The notes beneath the pieces are model-generated. The model worked only from the letters and a program-made list of their open reading frames with translations, was not told where the DNA came from and did not search any database. A stretch of 64,000 nucleotides of DNA, from positions 70,804,001 through 70,868,000 of the forward strand of contig NC_058378.1 of assembly GCF_018350175.1 (NCBI RefSeq), written 5' to 3'. The DNA comes from Felis catus (lineage: Eukaryota). The position numbers and the translations under genes were made by a program. Positions 24,934-37,767 of the stretch are shown here, piece by piece; position 1 is the stretch's first letter; each line of letters begins with the position of its first letter.

Positions 24934-25234
24934 TTGATGTCTGAGTTTTAGCATAGCTGTGCTCGGGGTCTCACTGGCAAAAGAGTATAGGTGTCAACAT
25001 TGTATTACAGGAGGGCGTTCCTGTTATCGAAGTATCCGCCATAATTACAGAAGCCCTAACTCAACCTCTTCGTGCAGGTACAGGTCACTCAACTCCTTGA
25101 CAGAGGATGACATGAACGTACAGAGAAACTGGAAGCCAAAATGGCGGAAGCTTCTGCCAAACGAAGATTAGCTAGAAATGTGGGCAAAACATCCCTGAAA
25201 TTATAATGTGAGTTGGAAACGAAGAGTGTGCTTA

Positions 25235-25860
25235 CGCACAGCAAAGAGCCCAGAGTCCGGGTTCTTGCCCGTCCGTCCATTAGCCGTGTGACTTGGCGTG
25301 AGCCACCCACCCTTAGAGTACCTCAGTTTCCTCAGTGTAAAATGAGGAGGAATGGGAGTTAGTTACCCCATGAGAGCCCGTGAGATTGTTTCGTAGCACC
25401 GAAAGTCTCTGCGCTTGGAAGAGAAAAGGCAAGAGCCTGGGCTGTGGACGGAGAGGGCTGGCATTCCACCTTTGAGTGCATACCCTGGGGCAGATCGCCT
25501 GAGCTCTTTGAGCTTTGGTTTTCTCATCTGAAAAATGGGGCCGGTAAATGGAACTTCCCGAGCTGTCGGGAGGCCTAGACAGCCGCACATACGTAGTACA
25601 CGCCATTACCATCGGGTCTGGAGACCACAGGGCATAGTTTGTGCACATCACAGGATACAGGCCCATCTGGTCTCAAATGCCAGTTCTCTTGTGTCACCGT
25701 GGGCCCCTAGGTCTGCTTCATACTTCCTCTGAGCCTCTGTCTGTTCCTGTGACAAGTGAAGATAACGGGTGTACGTACCCCCCAGGGTCGTTGTGAGGAT
25801 TAAATAAAATTGATGTAAGTAAATACATGGAGGGGAAGCGCTCAAGATCCGGCAGGCGAT
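25235..25860 (+). mobile_element. Three co-oriented MIR fragments (~25235-25400, ~25430-25600, ~25690-25860)
   Basis: Three MIR cores: cctcagtttcctcagtgtaaaatgagg, ctttggttttctcatctgaaaaatgggg, and cctctgtctgttcctgtgacaagtg...gttgtgaggattaaa. Confidence 0.75.
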
Positions 25861-27699
25861 ACCTTCACCCCTTTTCCTGTCTAACAGGTGCACCAGACCA
25901 GGTGCTCACCCCCACTTGCGCTCCTTCTCAGCTCCTTCCCCCCTGAGGTCTTCAGGGTCCCTCCTTCCCATCCTTCCAGAGGGAAGAGGGAAGCAAGGTC
26001 ACGGGCGACCGGGAGAGGGACCCAAGGTGACCTTGGAGGCAGAGAGAAACCCAGCCTGGAACTCATCCGCCCTCAGTGCCCGCCGGTTCACCCCGCCTAA
26101 CCTCCCTTGGTTTCCGAAGCTTAAAATAGCCCGAACCGGTGTGGCCACATTTTAGTGTGCCACTCGGAGAGAACCCCTAGGGTGTTTGCAAAGTCAGCTC
26201 TGCACTCCTCACTAGCCAGGCTCCAGCTATGAGTTATTCATACACACCAGGCTCCACCAGGTCTGCCACGATAATGCATTCTGAGTGCTTTTCTGCTTAA
26301 GGCCCCTCTATAGGCAGCTCTGCTTGCTTGGAGGGGTCAGGCCGATCGGCTTCTTTAACGAACTGGGACTGTGAACCCCTACCAGCTGCTGGGCAGAGGA
26401 GAGGGCTGACAGGCTCTAAGTGGAGGCCAGGAGCACATGACGGGAAAAAGCCCGCAATGGGTGTCAGGTGCTCTAGACCCAGCTCTGCCCATCCCTGTTG
26501 TGTGACCTTGACCAGGTCGCCTCCCCTCTCCGGGCCTTTAAAGAGGTGTCACGGAGACCGGGTCATTCCAGATCTCTCAAACTGGCTCGGCTCTCCAAGA
26601 TGGCCGACCTTAGCCGATGTCCGGATGGCTTCCAGCAGCTCCAGAGGAACTCTACTCATGTTCACATCCGGCGGGAAACAAAGAGAGCTTGTCTTCCCCC
26701 TCTTTGGCCAAACCCAAGTCCTGACTCTTGTTGTGTGAGTTGGGCTATGTGCCCATCTGGTGGGAGGTCACAGGAACGGGCCCTCAGAGCCCATTCCGAC
26801 CCCTTCTAGGAACGCCCCCCTGGGCTGCAAAGGCTACAACCCGAACATCGATATCCCCAGCCTCTTGCTCAGCTCCGCAAAATAGCAGGCCACCCGTCAG
26901 CTATCCTGGCGAGAGATCTGGAAGGCAGCAGCGACAGAGGTACCACTTTCCTGCTGCTTTGGCCGCGGCTCCCGGACAAGAACAGCTGTTCCGCATACAC
27001 TCTCTAGCTTCACGGCTAGTTCAGAAGCTTCTCAGGCCTGGACCGTAACCACTGGGGACACTCTTGAATACGATGGTTTGGGCGGTGGGGGCTGCTTCCT
27101 CTCCATCTTCTTCCTTGATCTCTGATGAGCCTGAGCATCTTCCCTGGAGACCCAGTTAGAGCCTACTCCTCCGGCCCTTCCGGGGACCTTATGAGCACCT
27201 GTTCCCCAGTAGAAAATGTATCTCTGCTCAAAAATTTCCAGAGTCATTCCTGTTTCCTGTATTCAACTCCTGACTGGAGTACCATCCCTGAGCCAGTCAC
27301 AGGGCCAGGAGGGAAAGGACTGTGCTGAGCGCCGGGGCCTTGGGCACGGGCTCACCCATGAAGTCTACGCTAGTCAGTTCTGCGAAAAGATACACACTGA
27401 GAATAATTTCCTGAGATTACTACTAGTTTAGTATTGCCAAATCACCTAATAATGATGAAATTACGATTATCGAAGGAAAGACGGAATCGACATCGGGCAA
27501 TCGGAAAACAACAAATGTCCACTACATGTTCCAACCCAGACGTCAGGGTAAGAGATCCTGGAAGACATAAACGGAATAGTAGAAGGTATCAAGATTCGAG
27601 AAGCTCAGGCCAAAGTTGGGGTGCAGGAGCCACTGACGGGACCGGGCCAAGATCCTCTCCATTTCCCTTGCCATCTCCCATGTCCAACACCTGGCCCTG

Positions 27700-28070
27700 C
27701 GTCTCTGCTTTTGGCCTGCACCCGTGGCTCACTCCGGAAGACTACTCCGTGTGACTGTGCTCACAGAGAACCGGGGTCACCTGGGAACTCACCTGGTCGG
27801 GTTGGCCCTTGACCAATGAGTGACAGGTGCAGAGAGACGGAAGGTGAGCTCTCCTGGCCCAGGTGTGGACTGACTCTGAGGTGTAACTGGCATTGCAGGG
27901 CTCCTCTGCGGGCTCTGGCTGAGGTAGGGACTTAACAGAAGAGCACATCTATACTTGGCTTCTCCCACTCCTTGTCCTGCTCCCCCGAGTCCCTGGGAAG
28001 ACTTCTTTTGTAAGTCATTTGCACATGAATCCCCCGTCTCAGGGTCTACTTCTGAGGAACCCAGACATAC
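27700..28070 (+). mobile_element. ERVL LTR (LTR33/LTR16-like)
   Basis: Ends gtcatttgcacatgaatcccccgtctcagggtctacttctgaggaacccagaca. Confidence 0.65.
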
Positions 28071-29394
28071 TGAAATGGCCCGAGGTATTCGCACCTATGA
28101 AACCCTTAGTTTTTACTCTGCCTCACTTGGAATGCGACATGGTCAACACTGAGCTAGGATTCGGGATGCAAAATGGTGTCCCCCTTTATAGAAAAGAGAT
28201 CACCACATGGGGAACATCCGTACTTCCTTCTTTGCCCTTCGACCAAGGTTATGGCTGTGCAAACCTAGGAAAGAATCCATTAATCTTGGTTTTATTTTCA
28301 CTGTTCCTTGATTAGAAAATGCTAATGGTTACCAGAGGGGTCCACTTAAACCCCAAGTTCCTAAACAAGTATTTGAGGAAAGAACAATTTTCCTGACATT
28401 CACTTACAAAAAAAAAAAAAAAAAAGACCAATCCGGTGAAGAGAGGCACCCTAAGGTACAGGAACTTCTTGGCAGCTCTGGTCCCACTGAGTTTCCTGAG
28501 GAAGGGGAGGAAGGGGACATAGGACAGGCAAGCCATGGGGAGCAGGTGGAAGGATGGATAGGAGGTCTCCTTTCTGGTCTGCTGCTGACAGATGAGGTGA
28601 GCCGCCATCACGGAACCATAGGACGTCTCTGAGTCCATTTCTTCATCTACTGAAATGGTTGCCTCACGGGTCCTTTCTAGCCCTAAAGTTCTCTATCCCC
28701 TCCAGGAGCAATGTCCAGACGGCTCCGTGGCGCTCAATTTTAACATGGCATATTTAGCATTTTTTTCATAGAACCCAAAGGGGAGTAGAAGCAACTTAAT
28801 TTTATTGTGTCCTTTTATTTTTCTAGAAGTAAGCACATTCATTGCGCGACAAGCAGGTACATAAAACCGAAAGGCTGACCTCACAGCATCCAAGATGAAC
28901 CAAGACCTCAGCCAAGATGAACACTGGGAATTTTCTTCTTACGCAGCTGTTTGAGTGTCCAAATCAGTCACATCTTTGTCTTGGACCCATGCGACCCACA
29001 GTCTCTCTACCTCCCACCAGGAGGGACCATTATTTGGGGGATGGTTATATTGTAAGAAAACCTCTACTTGCCAAATTGGAGGCTGGGTAATTACAATTCC
29101 AGGACTCCATGTAGGTGGTTGCTTCAAAGGCTTTCATTTATTGCTGCTTAGTGTAGAAGAAACCTCATTTATGTCATTTCTTTTTCTCCCAGGGAAGCTA
29201 AGAGCTCAGCACAGCTAATGTACTACGTATCACTGACTTTAATATGGCTCCAGGCAACTTAACGCTAAAGCAATTTGATGATTTGATATTACAAAAGGCA
29301 TCTATTTTTACTGAGAATGGAAGATCAACCACTCAAGCGTCCATCAGAAAATGATGTAGCTGCTAAAAAGCATTTTTAAAGGGAGGAAGAGAAA

Positions 29395-29546
29395 NNNNNN
29401 NNNNNNNNNNNNNNNNNNNNNNNNNNNNNNNNNNNNNNNNNNNNNNNNNNNNNNNNNNNNNNNNNNNNNNNNNNNNNNNNNNNNNNNNNNNNNNNNNNNN
29501 NNNNNNNNNNNNNNNNNNNNNNNNNNNNNNNNNNNNNNNNNNNNNN
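29395..29546. other. Assembly gap (152 N)
   Basis: N run. Confidence 1.
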
Positions 29547-29579
29547 CATGCTGCTGAATTTTAACCCTAGGCAGACTAG

Positions 29580-30145
29580 CCTGACAATGTCCAATAGAAA
29601 TATAACGTGAGCCACATATGTAGTTGAAAAGTATCTAGTAATCATACTAAAAAAATGTTAAAAAAAATAGTTGAAACTCTTTCTCTTAAATTTTTTTTAA
29701 TGTTTATTTATTTTTGAGAGAGAGAGCAAACAGGGGAGGGGCAGAGAGAGGGAGACACAGAATCCAAAGCAGGCTCCAGCTCTGAGCTGACACAGAGCCC
29801 AACGTGGGGCTCGAACCCACAAACGCGAGATCACGACCTGAGCCAGAGTCGGATGCTCAACTGACTGAGCCACCCACATACCCCAGAAACTCCTTTTAAT
29901 GACATATCTTCTTTGACCTAATACACCCTAGCCTCACCTAATATATTTGAAATGAAAAGGCCATTTCAAGACGTGATCAAGATAAAAATTATTAGCAAGT
30001 CATACCGCCTTCTTTCTTTCCCTGCTAACTTTTCTAAATCTTCATAGTTCAGTGTGGTTTCTTGCACTTGGAGCACAGCTCGACTTGACTCGCCTCGTTT
30101 CAAGTGCTCAGCCATCACGTGTGGCCATCGCGTCCAACAACGCAA
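29580..30145. mobile_element. hAT-Charlie DNA transposon relic (MER33-like) split by a SINE
   Basis: tgtccaatagaaatataacgtgagccacatatgta...tttcaagtgctcagccatcacgtgtggcca. Confidence 0.7.
29683..29884 (-). mobile_element. Can-SINE
   Basis: Antisense SINE with approximate TSD gaaactcttt / gaaactcctt. Confidence 0.93.
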
Positions 30146-30494
30146 GTCTGGTCTCTGCCTGTGCTCTCGACTACAACTCCTCGCAGAGAGGACGCCAGTG
30201 ATCTGTCATCATCAAGTCAGCTGGTCTCTTCTCACAAGCCTCCTCTGAGCTCTCTTTCAAGTTGTTGCTCCTTAAGGAACATTTGATTGCCTTCTCCTTG
30301 ACGCTTTTTGCTCCCGTGGTTTACAAACCCTATGTTCCTGGGCTTCTATCCCTCCACACATCCTCAGTTGCCCAGGTGCCTCGCACCCCTCAATTCCGAA
30401 GAGCAAATGTTCTAGACCAATCCTACCTTCTCCTCCTACCCATGCCAGCTTTTTCCCCCCAACATCTCCATTTCTTTTCCTGTCAGCATCACCA

Positions 30495-30700
30495 CTGAAC
30501 AAATATTTAATGAGTACCTACTATGTGCCAGCTGCATGGATAAGTCAAACAGAAATATGTCCTCATGAAGCTGACATTCTAGTGAGGACAGTCAGATGGT
30601 AAAACATAATAAATAAAGTAAAATATATAGTATGTTAGAAGGTGAGAATCACTAAGGAGAAAAATACAGCAAGAGAAGGGGAATGGGGAGTTTAGGAGAG
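30495..30700 (-). mobile_element. L2 3' end
   Basis: aacaaatatttaatgagtacctactatgtgccag...cctcatgaagctgacattctagtg. Confidence 0.8.
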
Positions 30701-30769
30701 GGGAGGTTTTCTGTCTTTCCTCTAATCTTCCAAATCTGTAGTATCATTTTGTTATTAAAACAAAGTGTT

Positions 30770-30920
30770 GGGGCGCCTGGGTGGCTCAGTCAGTTAAGTG
30801 TCTGACTCTTGGTTTTGATCTGTTTATGAGTTCAAGCCCCTCGCTCTCCTGCCCTCCCCTGCTTGTGCTCACTGTCTCTCTCTCTCTTTCTCTCTCTCAC
30901 AATAAGTAAATTTTGAAAAT
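30770..30920 (+). mobile_element. Can-SINE, internally deleted
   Basis: SINE head, shortened body, (CT)n and aataagtaaa tail. Confidence 0.85.
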
Positions 30921-30926
30921 GTTTTT

Positions 30927-31147
30927 TTTTTTTAATTTTTTTTTCAACGTTTATTTATTTTTGGGACAGAGAGAGACAGAGCATGAACGGGGGAGGGGCA
31001 GAGAGAGAGGGAGACACAGAATCGGAAACAGGCTCCAGGCTCTGAGACATCAGCCCAGAGCCCGACGCGGGGCTCGAACTCACGGACTGCGAGATCGTGA
31101 CCTGGCTGAAGTCGGACGCTCAACCGACTGCGCCACCCAGGCGCCCC
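30927..31147 (-). mobile_element. Can-SINE (youngest felid type) inserted in the tail of the previous SINE
   Basis: Diagnostic gactgcgccacccaggcgcccc and gtgacctggctgaag. TSD tgaaaatg(t/g)ttttt. Confidence 0.97.
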
Positions 31148-31199
31148 TGAAAATGGTTTTTAAATGAACAAATCAAGTGTTTATAATTCTTTAAAATCA

Positions 31200-31380
31200 C
31201 TATCATTCATCCTGGGTCATCAACGATCAGACAAGCAATTTAACCTCTTTGAGCCTGTCTCCTCAGCTATAAGAAGGGGAAAGGATTCTTATAGGGTTGT
31301 AGTGAGAAATAATATGAGATTGTGCACGTAAGATATTAGGTATGGAGACTGGCTCATGGTAGCTGCTCAATAAAATGTGG
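31200..31380 (+). mobile_element. MIR
   Basis: caagcaatttaacctctttgagcctgtctcctcagctataag...gggttgtagtgagaa...gctcaataaaatg. Confidence 0.75.
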
Positions 31381-31382
31381 AA

Positions 31383-31440
31383 ATGATGTTGATGATGTTG
31401 ATGATGATGGTGATGGCGATGATGGTGATAGTGGCAGTGG
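31383..31440. repeat. Degenerate (GAT/GGT)n microsatellite
   Basis: atgatgttgatgatgttgatgatgatggtgatggcgatgatggtgat. Confidence 0.9.
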
Positions 31441-31758
31441 GTGAGAAAACAATTATGACTTCCAATGAGCTAAATATGAAGTGCTAAAAGAGAGCGTTTG
31501 GTCCAGGTGGCTGGGAGACCATACCTTTCAGAGTAAGGTCATTGAGTTTTCCCTTCATGTGACGCTATTCACAAAAGCAAAGGTCACTGACATTTTCATA
31601 GCAGGTTCCAGGCACATCAATCATTCATTCCCACACGTGAGACTTTGAAACAGACAAGTTTCATACTGGGAGTACAGATGACTAAAAAGAGAAAATTCCA
31701 GTTAGCCTGGCTCTTTTGTGTTAGATCGTGTAAAACTCGTTTTGTGGATGCATGGGTA

Positions 31759-31776
31759 GTTTTTGTTTGTTTGTTT

Positions 31777-31809
<33 letters not shown>

Positions 31810-31810
31810 T
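31759..31810. repeat. (GTTT)n(GTT)n microsatellite
   Basis: About 10 tandem GTT units. Confidence 0.95.
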
Positions 31811-33496
31811 TATAGAGGAGCAAATCTTTCCCAAAATAATTTCGGGGCTTTCATTTGTATATTGTAAAATAATTCAGGTTTATTGTAGCAAATTTGGAAA
31901 ACACATAAAAAGTGAAAAGACAATGAAATCGCACATAATTCCACTATTTAGGGATAAGAGCTGTGTACATTTTGAGGTACACTTCTCTGATCTCTTTTCT
32001 TTTTTCTTTCCTAATAATTGTAGGGGAAATACAATGCATCCTCTTTTCACTATGCTACTGTTTAGTAATAATTTATTAATTTGAATTCATTTTTCTCTGA
32101 TTATCGACGGCAAGGATGAAATAGTGCCCATTGCCTTTTATGTAAAAGATGACATTTAGTACACTATCCGTTACTTTCTATTTCTTCCAACCATTCCCAG
32201 CTGTGATTTATTACTAGGGGATTTGGGCTTAAATTATTATCACTAATAATATTTATCTTCTATCTCAATAATTGTTTTGATATTTATGTGAAGTTTTATA
32301 ACCACATTAGGAATAATTCTTTAGATTTATGTGTATTTCACTGGTCACATAATTTGACATCCACATACTTATACTGGGTCTTCCCCATTCTTAAGTCATT
32401 TGTTTGGCTTCATCTGCTAACTGACTGGAATTCTTCTTTGGGGGATTTTTTTTTTTTTGAGGCAGGGCATGTAGGTAGTTGACTTTCTGAGGTCTAGAAT
32501 CTGATAATGTCTTTGTGAACATTAACCTGGCTGAATATCGGAATTATCGGTTCGTAAACATTTCTCCTAAAAATTATGTCGATGCTGTTCAGTGACTCCC
32601 TTTGTTTCATGAAATAGAAGAGAAATCTAAAGGCACACCGATACATATTCATTTGTATTCAGTCTGCCTGGAAGCTTACATATTTTGTTTTTGTTCTTTA
32701 CCCTTGAAATTCAAAAAATTCATGAGGGCACATCCATTGGTTTAAGTAATAAGTTCTGCGTGCTACTTAATGACCCTTTCCCATCCCTTGTCTATAGTAA
32801 TTTAAGGTCACCCTGTTTGATAGCAGGGTCACAGCTAATGGATTTCAGTGTCTGAAATCCAAGAAAACCCTGGGCTTTTCAAATAATGGCATTAAAAACC
32901 AGTAAGCTGTGGTGGTAGGAACACAGTCTTTGGGGCAGCTCTGTGAATGGTCAGCTGTACGACCTTGGATGTGTTACCTGATTTCTCTCCAAGCCTCGGT
33001 TTCCTCCCCTACACGTGGGGACAGGAAAACCTCCTTGCAGATTTGCTGGGAAGATTAGACAAGGCAAAACAACAGGCCCACCATAAATCATATCTGCTAT
33101 TCTGGAATATGAGAAGACAGATTCTTCTCCAAGCCAAGACCACAGAAATTTGGTTCAAGAAAATGCCAGATTCTGTCTTAGGAGTCAGAGTGGCTCCTCT
33201 TACTAACTGGAAAGGGCCTTGGAGAAGTGGCTCCACCCATGACAGATGAAAATATCCTAGGGAGCAGGGTGTTGCCAAGGGGGAGAGTGAACACCAGCTC
33301 AAATACAGCTCCAGGATTGTGAACTTGAGCTGTGAGAAGAGGGGAGGGAAGAGAAATGTTGTTTCTCTCTTGGTCACTGGCATAGGCCTCTCAGCTCTGT
33401 CTTGGGCACTCCCGTTGTCTTTGTCCCTTTCACGGTGACTCAGAACTTTGGACACGGTGTCAGTGGAGCCCATGAGGTCGTTAAACCTTGCCACCT

Positions 33497-33652
33497 AAAC
33501 AGCATGGGCCACAGGCCAGCAGCCTCAGCATCACCCAGGAGCTCGTCAGAAATGTAGGAGGTCAGGTCTCACCCCGAGTCACTGAATCAGAATTTGCATT
33601 TTAACAAGACCCCCCAGGGGAGGCACATGCCTGTCAAAGTTTGGGGAATTCT
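33497..33652. mobile_element. MER5A (hAT-Charlie)
   Basis: cagcagcctcagcatcacccaggagctcgtcagaaatgtag...actgaatcagaatttgcattttaacaagaccccc. Confidence 0.85.
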
Positions 33653-34310
33653 AGTCTAGGCCCACAAGTTTCTCAGAGCTGAAGTTTTAGGTGGCTTCTT
33701 GGCCACTAACCAACGATTCTATTTGCATCCCTTTTTTAAAAAAAATTATTTAGTTAACATACGGTGTAATATCGGTTTCAGGAGTAGAATTCCGTGGTCC
33801 ATCACTTACATACAACGCCTTAGTGCTCATCACGACAAGTGTCTTCCTTAATACCCATCCCCTATCTAGCCCTTCTCCCACCCACCTCCCTCTGCCAACC
33901 CTCAGTTTGTTCTCTATCATTAAGAGCCTCTGAGGTTTGTTTCCCTTTCTTCTCTTTTTCCCTCCCTTCCCATATGTTCATCTGTTTTGTTTCTTAAATT
34001 CTGCATATGAGTGAAATCATATGGGATCTGTCTTTCTCTGATTAACTGACTTCATTTTGCATAATACATTCTAGCTCCATCCATGTCACTGCAGCATTTG
34101 GGCTCTCTCCATATAGTTTGGCTAGTGTTGATAATGCCGCTATAAACACACTGCGTGTGTCCCTTTGAATTTTTATTTTTGTATCCTTTGGCTAAATACC
34201 TAATAGTGCAATTGCTGAATCATGGGGTAGTTCTATCTTCAGTTCTTTGAGGAACCTCCATACTGTTCTCCAGCATGCCTGCACCAGTTTGCATTCGCAC
34301 CAGCAGTGCA

Positions 34311-34511
34311 NNNNNNNNNNNNNNNNNNNNNNNNNNNNNNNNNNNNNNNNNNNNNNNNNNNNNNNNNNNNNNNNNNNNNNNNNNNNNNNNNNNNNNNNNN
34401 NNNNNNNNNNNNNNNNNNNNNNNNNNNNNNNNNNNNNNNNNNNNNNNNNNNNNNNNNNNNNNNNNNNNNNNNNNNNNNNNNNNNNNNNNNNNNNNNNNNN
34501 NNNNNNNNNNN
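34311..34511. other. Assembly gap (201 N) inside L1
   Basis: N run. Confidence 1.
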
Positions 34512-34560
34512 TTTCTTAACTGGGTTGTTTATTTTTGGGTGTTGAGTTTGGTAAGTTCTT

Positions 34561-34771
34561 TTTTTTAATTTTTAGAATGTTTGTTTTTGAGAGAGAGCAT
34601 GAATTGGGGAGGGGCAGAGGGAGGGAGGGAGAGAGAGAAAAGAATCCAAAGCAGGCTCCAGACTCCAAGCTGTCAGCACAGAGCCTGACGCAGGGCTCGA
34701 ACCCATGAACCATGAGATCATGACCTGAGCCGAAATCAGGTACTTAACCGACTGAGCCACCCAGGCACCCC
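34561..34771 (-). mobile_element. Can-SINE inside L1
   Basis: Antisense SINE. TSD agtttggtaagttctt / agtttgataatttctt. Confidence 0.95.
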
Positions 34772-34972
34772 TAGTTTGATAATTTCTTTATAAATTTTGG
34801 ATACTAGCCCTTGATCAGATATGTCATTTGCAAATATCCTCTCCCATTCTGTCTGTATTCTGCCTCTTAGTTTTGTTCATTGTTTCCTTCGCTGTGCAGA
34901 AGGTTTTTATCTTGATAAAGTCCCAATAGTTCATGTTTGCTTTGGCTTCCCTTGCCTTCAGCAACATGTCTA

Positions 34973-35569
34973 AACCTCAGCAATCAGACAACAGAAAGCA
35001 ATAAAGGGCATCTAAGTTGGCAAGGAAGAAGTCAAGCTTACACTCTTTGCAGATGACACAATACTACTCTATGTAGAAAACCTGAAAGACTCTACAAAAG
35101 TTTCTAGGATACATGAATTCAGCAAAGTTGCAGGATATAACATCAATCAATGTGCAGAAATCTGTTGCATTTCTATACATCGATAATGAAGAAGCCGAAA
35201 AAGAAACCAAGGAATCGATCCGATTTGCAATTATAGCAAAAACAGATACCCAGGGATAAACCTAACAAACAGGTTTTTAGTTTTTAGTAGTTTTCAGTAC
35301 TCTGGAAAACTACAGAACACTTCTGAAAGAAAGTGAAGAGGAGACAAAGAAACAGAAAATTATTCCACGCTTATGGACTGGAAGAACAAACGTTGTTAAA
35401 ATGTCCACACTACCCAAAGCAATCTACACATTTAACGCAATCCCTGTCAAAATGCCACCCGCTTTCTTTGCAGAGCTAGAACAAACAATCCTAAAATTTG
35501 TGTGGAACCACAAAAGATCCCAAATAGCCAAGGCAATCCTGAAGAAGAAAACAAAACTGGAGGCATCAC
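34973..35569 (+). mobile_element. Carnivore L1, inverted 5' part (dead ORF2 reverse-transcriptase segment)
   Basis: Translates SAIRQQKAIKGI*VGKEEVKLTLFADDTI (FADD at 35046-35057) and [39 protein letters not shown] (ORF 35401). Confidence 0.92.
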
Positions 35570-37736
35570 GCCGTTTTAAAATAGAAATGAAAGCACGGCA
35601 GAAGGTTCCAGAAGAAATGAAAGTAAGGCATATAGAATTTTAAAATGTAGACTAAAGTCCAGTGGTTTCCCATGCAGACAATTCCGTGGGCCTGGGGAAG
35701 GGCCTTGTTCTCCTCCCAGAGGCCATCTTAACCTGCTTTTCTGCCCTTGGCACTCAGCTGGCGTTACTGGGCCATTCTTCTTAGAACACGTTCTCAGCCT
35801 CTCTGCTTGATCACGGAAACGAGGACACAGCTACTGAGAGCCACAATCATACCATCCTTGGCTTTTGTGGTTCCCCACACACCTAATTCTGGGGGAATCA
35901 CACTGTGACCATGGATTTGGTCACAAAGCAGAAGCTGGCATCTGCTGCTTCTATGGGTGTTCTGTGGCCCCAGCCTTGACCTCCCTCTGGGCCCCAGCTA
36001 TCTCTGGGGCTGCAGCCATCGCCCTGTGAATGTACGTCCCCAGCTCTGGCCAGAGCCAGAGCCACAGCCAGAGCTGGAGTCAGCTGTGGGTGGTGACTCC
36101 AAGACCTCACTTTGGCGTCTGGGGGACCCCAGCACCCTCAAGGGCGTTCTGAGCTCTGTGAGGCACAAGCTCTTCTCCAGGCCTCGCCTGTTGGTCCAAC
36201 CTGAATTCCCAGAGGTAAAACAGAATGTGGCCGGAGCAAGGGCCCTCCGCACCTTCGGGGGTTCTCAGTGGCCGTCACATCTCACGTGCCTTTCTTCATG
36301 AGCTGCACGTGTTGGGGAGCATGCCTGGCTTGTCCACTCTTGTATCTGGAGTGCTCACTGGAATGCCTGGCACGCGAGGGGCACCAGATACGTACTGGAG
36401 CCTAAACCCCGGGGCAGCAAAGACCCTGTTTAGTCTTAGACTGGAACAGGGCAATCTGAGGTTTAGTGAGAAATAAAGCCACTCCCCCAATGATCAGTCA
36501 CGGCCTTGGAGGAGAGCAGCACGATTCCTTTCCGCTGTGGACTGTCGCTTCTGTCTTTTATCCGTGAGGATGAAAACATCGTCATGGGTCTGGTGGGCCA
36601 TTTGGTGGAGGGAGGAGGGGCCACCTGGGAACAGTCCTCCCGGGAAGGATGAGCTCAGGAAAGCACGGCGTCAAAACAAGCGGGCAGACTGTGGAGACTT
36701 CAGGGCAGCCCAGGGAGGGAATAAGAGGACCCAGGAGCAGAGCAAGACCCCCAGGACCCGAAGAGGAAGAAGGCCAGGCTTAGGTCAGCACCACGTAACA
36801 TTGACTTGGAGCTCCAGCCTATCACTCCCGAGCCTGCCGCAAAGCCAGCCAAGTGCCACAGTCTTGTGGTAGAGGGTCCTGCAGGCAGGGAGCTGCATCT
36901 GACACTAGGGTGGAAGAGAGAGAGAAAAAAAGAGAAGGGGCCAGGAAAGCACGTGGCTGAGCAAGGAAAGTCCGTGTCAGAGAACTCGCGGCCTGGTGAG
37001 CAGAATGTAAGCCTCCATCGGGAACCTATAGAAACCCTGAAGTGGACGCCAGATGGTTCCCGAATGTGGGATGGGGCTGTGAGTCAGTAAGCACCGTACT
37101 GAAAGGAAGGATGGACCCCAAAGCCTGGAAGATTAGAGACCACTGGCTGCTACCACGTGGCTTACTTTGTCCCATTGATGGAGCCACCTCTGACTTTGGG
37201 ACAAGTAAATCTTTGGTCTGTGGGATCTACCAGCACATGACTGAGTTTTAGTCACAATGTTGTAAAACCTCCCTGGAGATTCCTGGAGGAAAGTGAAAAC
37301 TGTCACTACAAAATGACAAATGAACCAGAATAACCATGGTTGGATGACCTCCACTGGTCACCAGGCCTGCTTCCCATAACAAAACCCTCCCCACATAAGA
37401 AACCAATGTCCCTTTTACCCCACACGCCTTCTGGTTGGGAAACCCACCCCCTGAGGAGGGGACTTTTCAAAGAAACCCACCTGAGTTGGGCTCTGGGGCT
37501 CTATGGAAAAATAGGAAAATTCACAGTGGGGAAAAATAAATGATCTTAGTATTTGGACAGAGTTGTTTCAAAGAAAAATTCTATTTAAAAAACCAGATGG
37601 TTCTTTTGTTTCCAATAGCTGCCTATAAATTCTCTATTTTTCTGTTCTGTGGAATTGAAATTGATTGAAATTGACATTTTTTTATCATGAGTCAGTTGAC
37701 ACGAAAATTGAAAAAACAAAACAATGGGTGCCAGGT

Positions 37737-37767
<31 letters not shown>

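Larger units (their letters stand above)
33732..34972 (-). mobile_element. Carnivore L1, non-inverted 3' part (3' UTR plus ORF2 end)
   Basis: T-rich tail at left, L1_Carn-like 3' UTR, then antisense ORF2 reading ...AREAKANMNYWDFIKIKTFCTAKET. Contains an N gap and a SINE. Confidence 0.9.

Noticed and set aside
26980-26991. Palindrome gaacagctgttc resembling a GRE/ARE
   Set aside because: Half-site spacer is 2 rather than 3; at most an isolated E-box.
34247-34568. ORFs spanning N runs (also at 29376, 51592, 55507-55759)
   Set aside because: Artefacts of gaps lacking stop codons.
34960-34975. The L1 direct arm stops just before the ORF2 stretch matching the 53360 tag
   Set aside because: That stretch is absent from this older L1 and no SINE sits there, so it cannot be the source; treated as coincidence.
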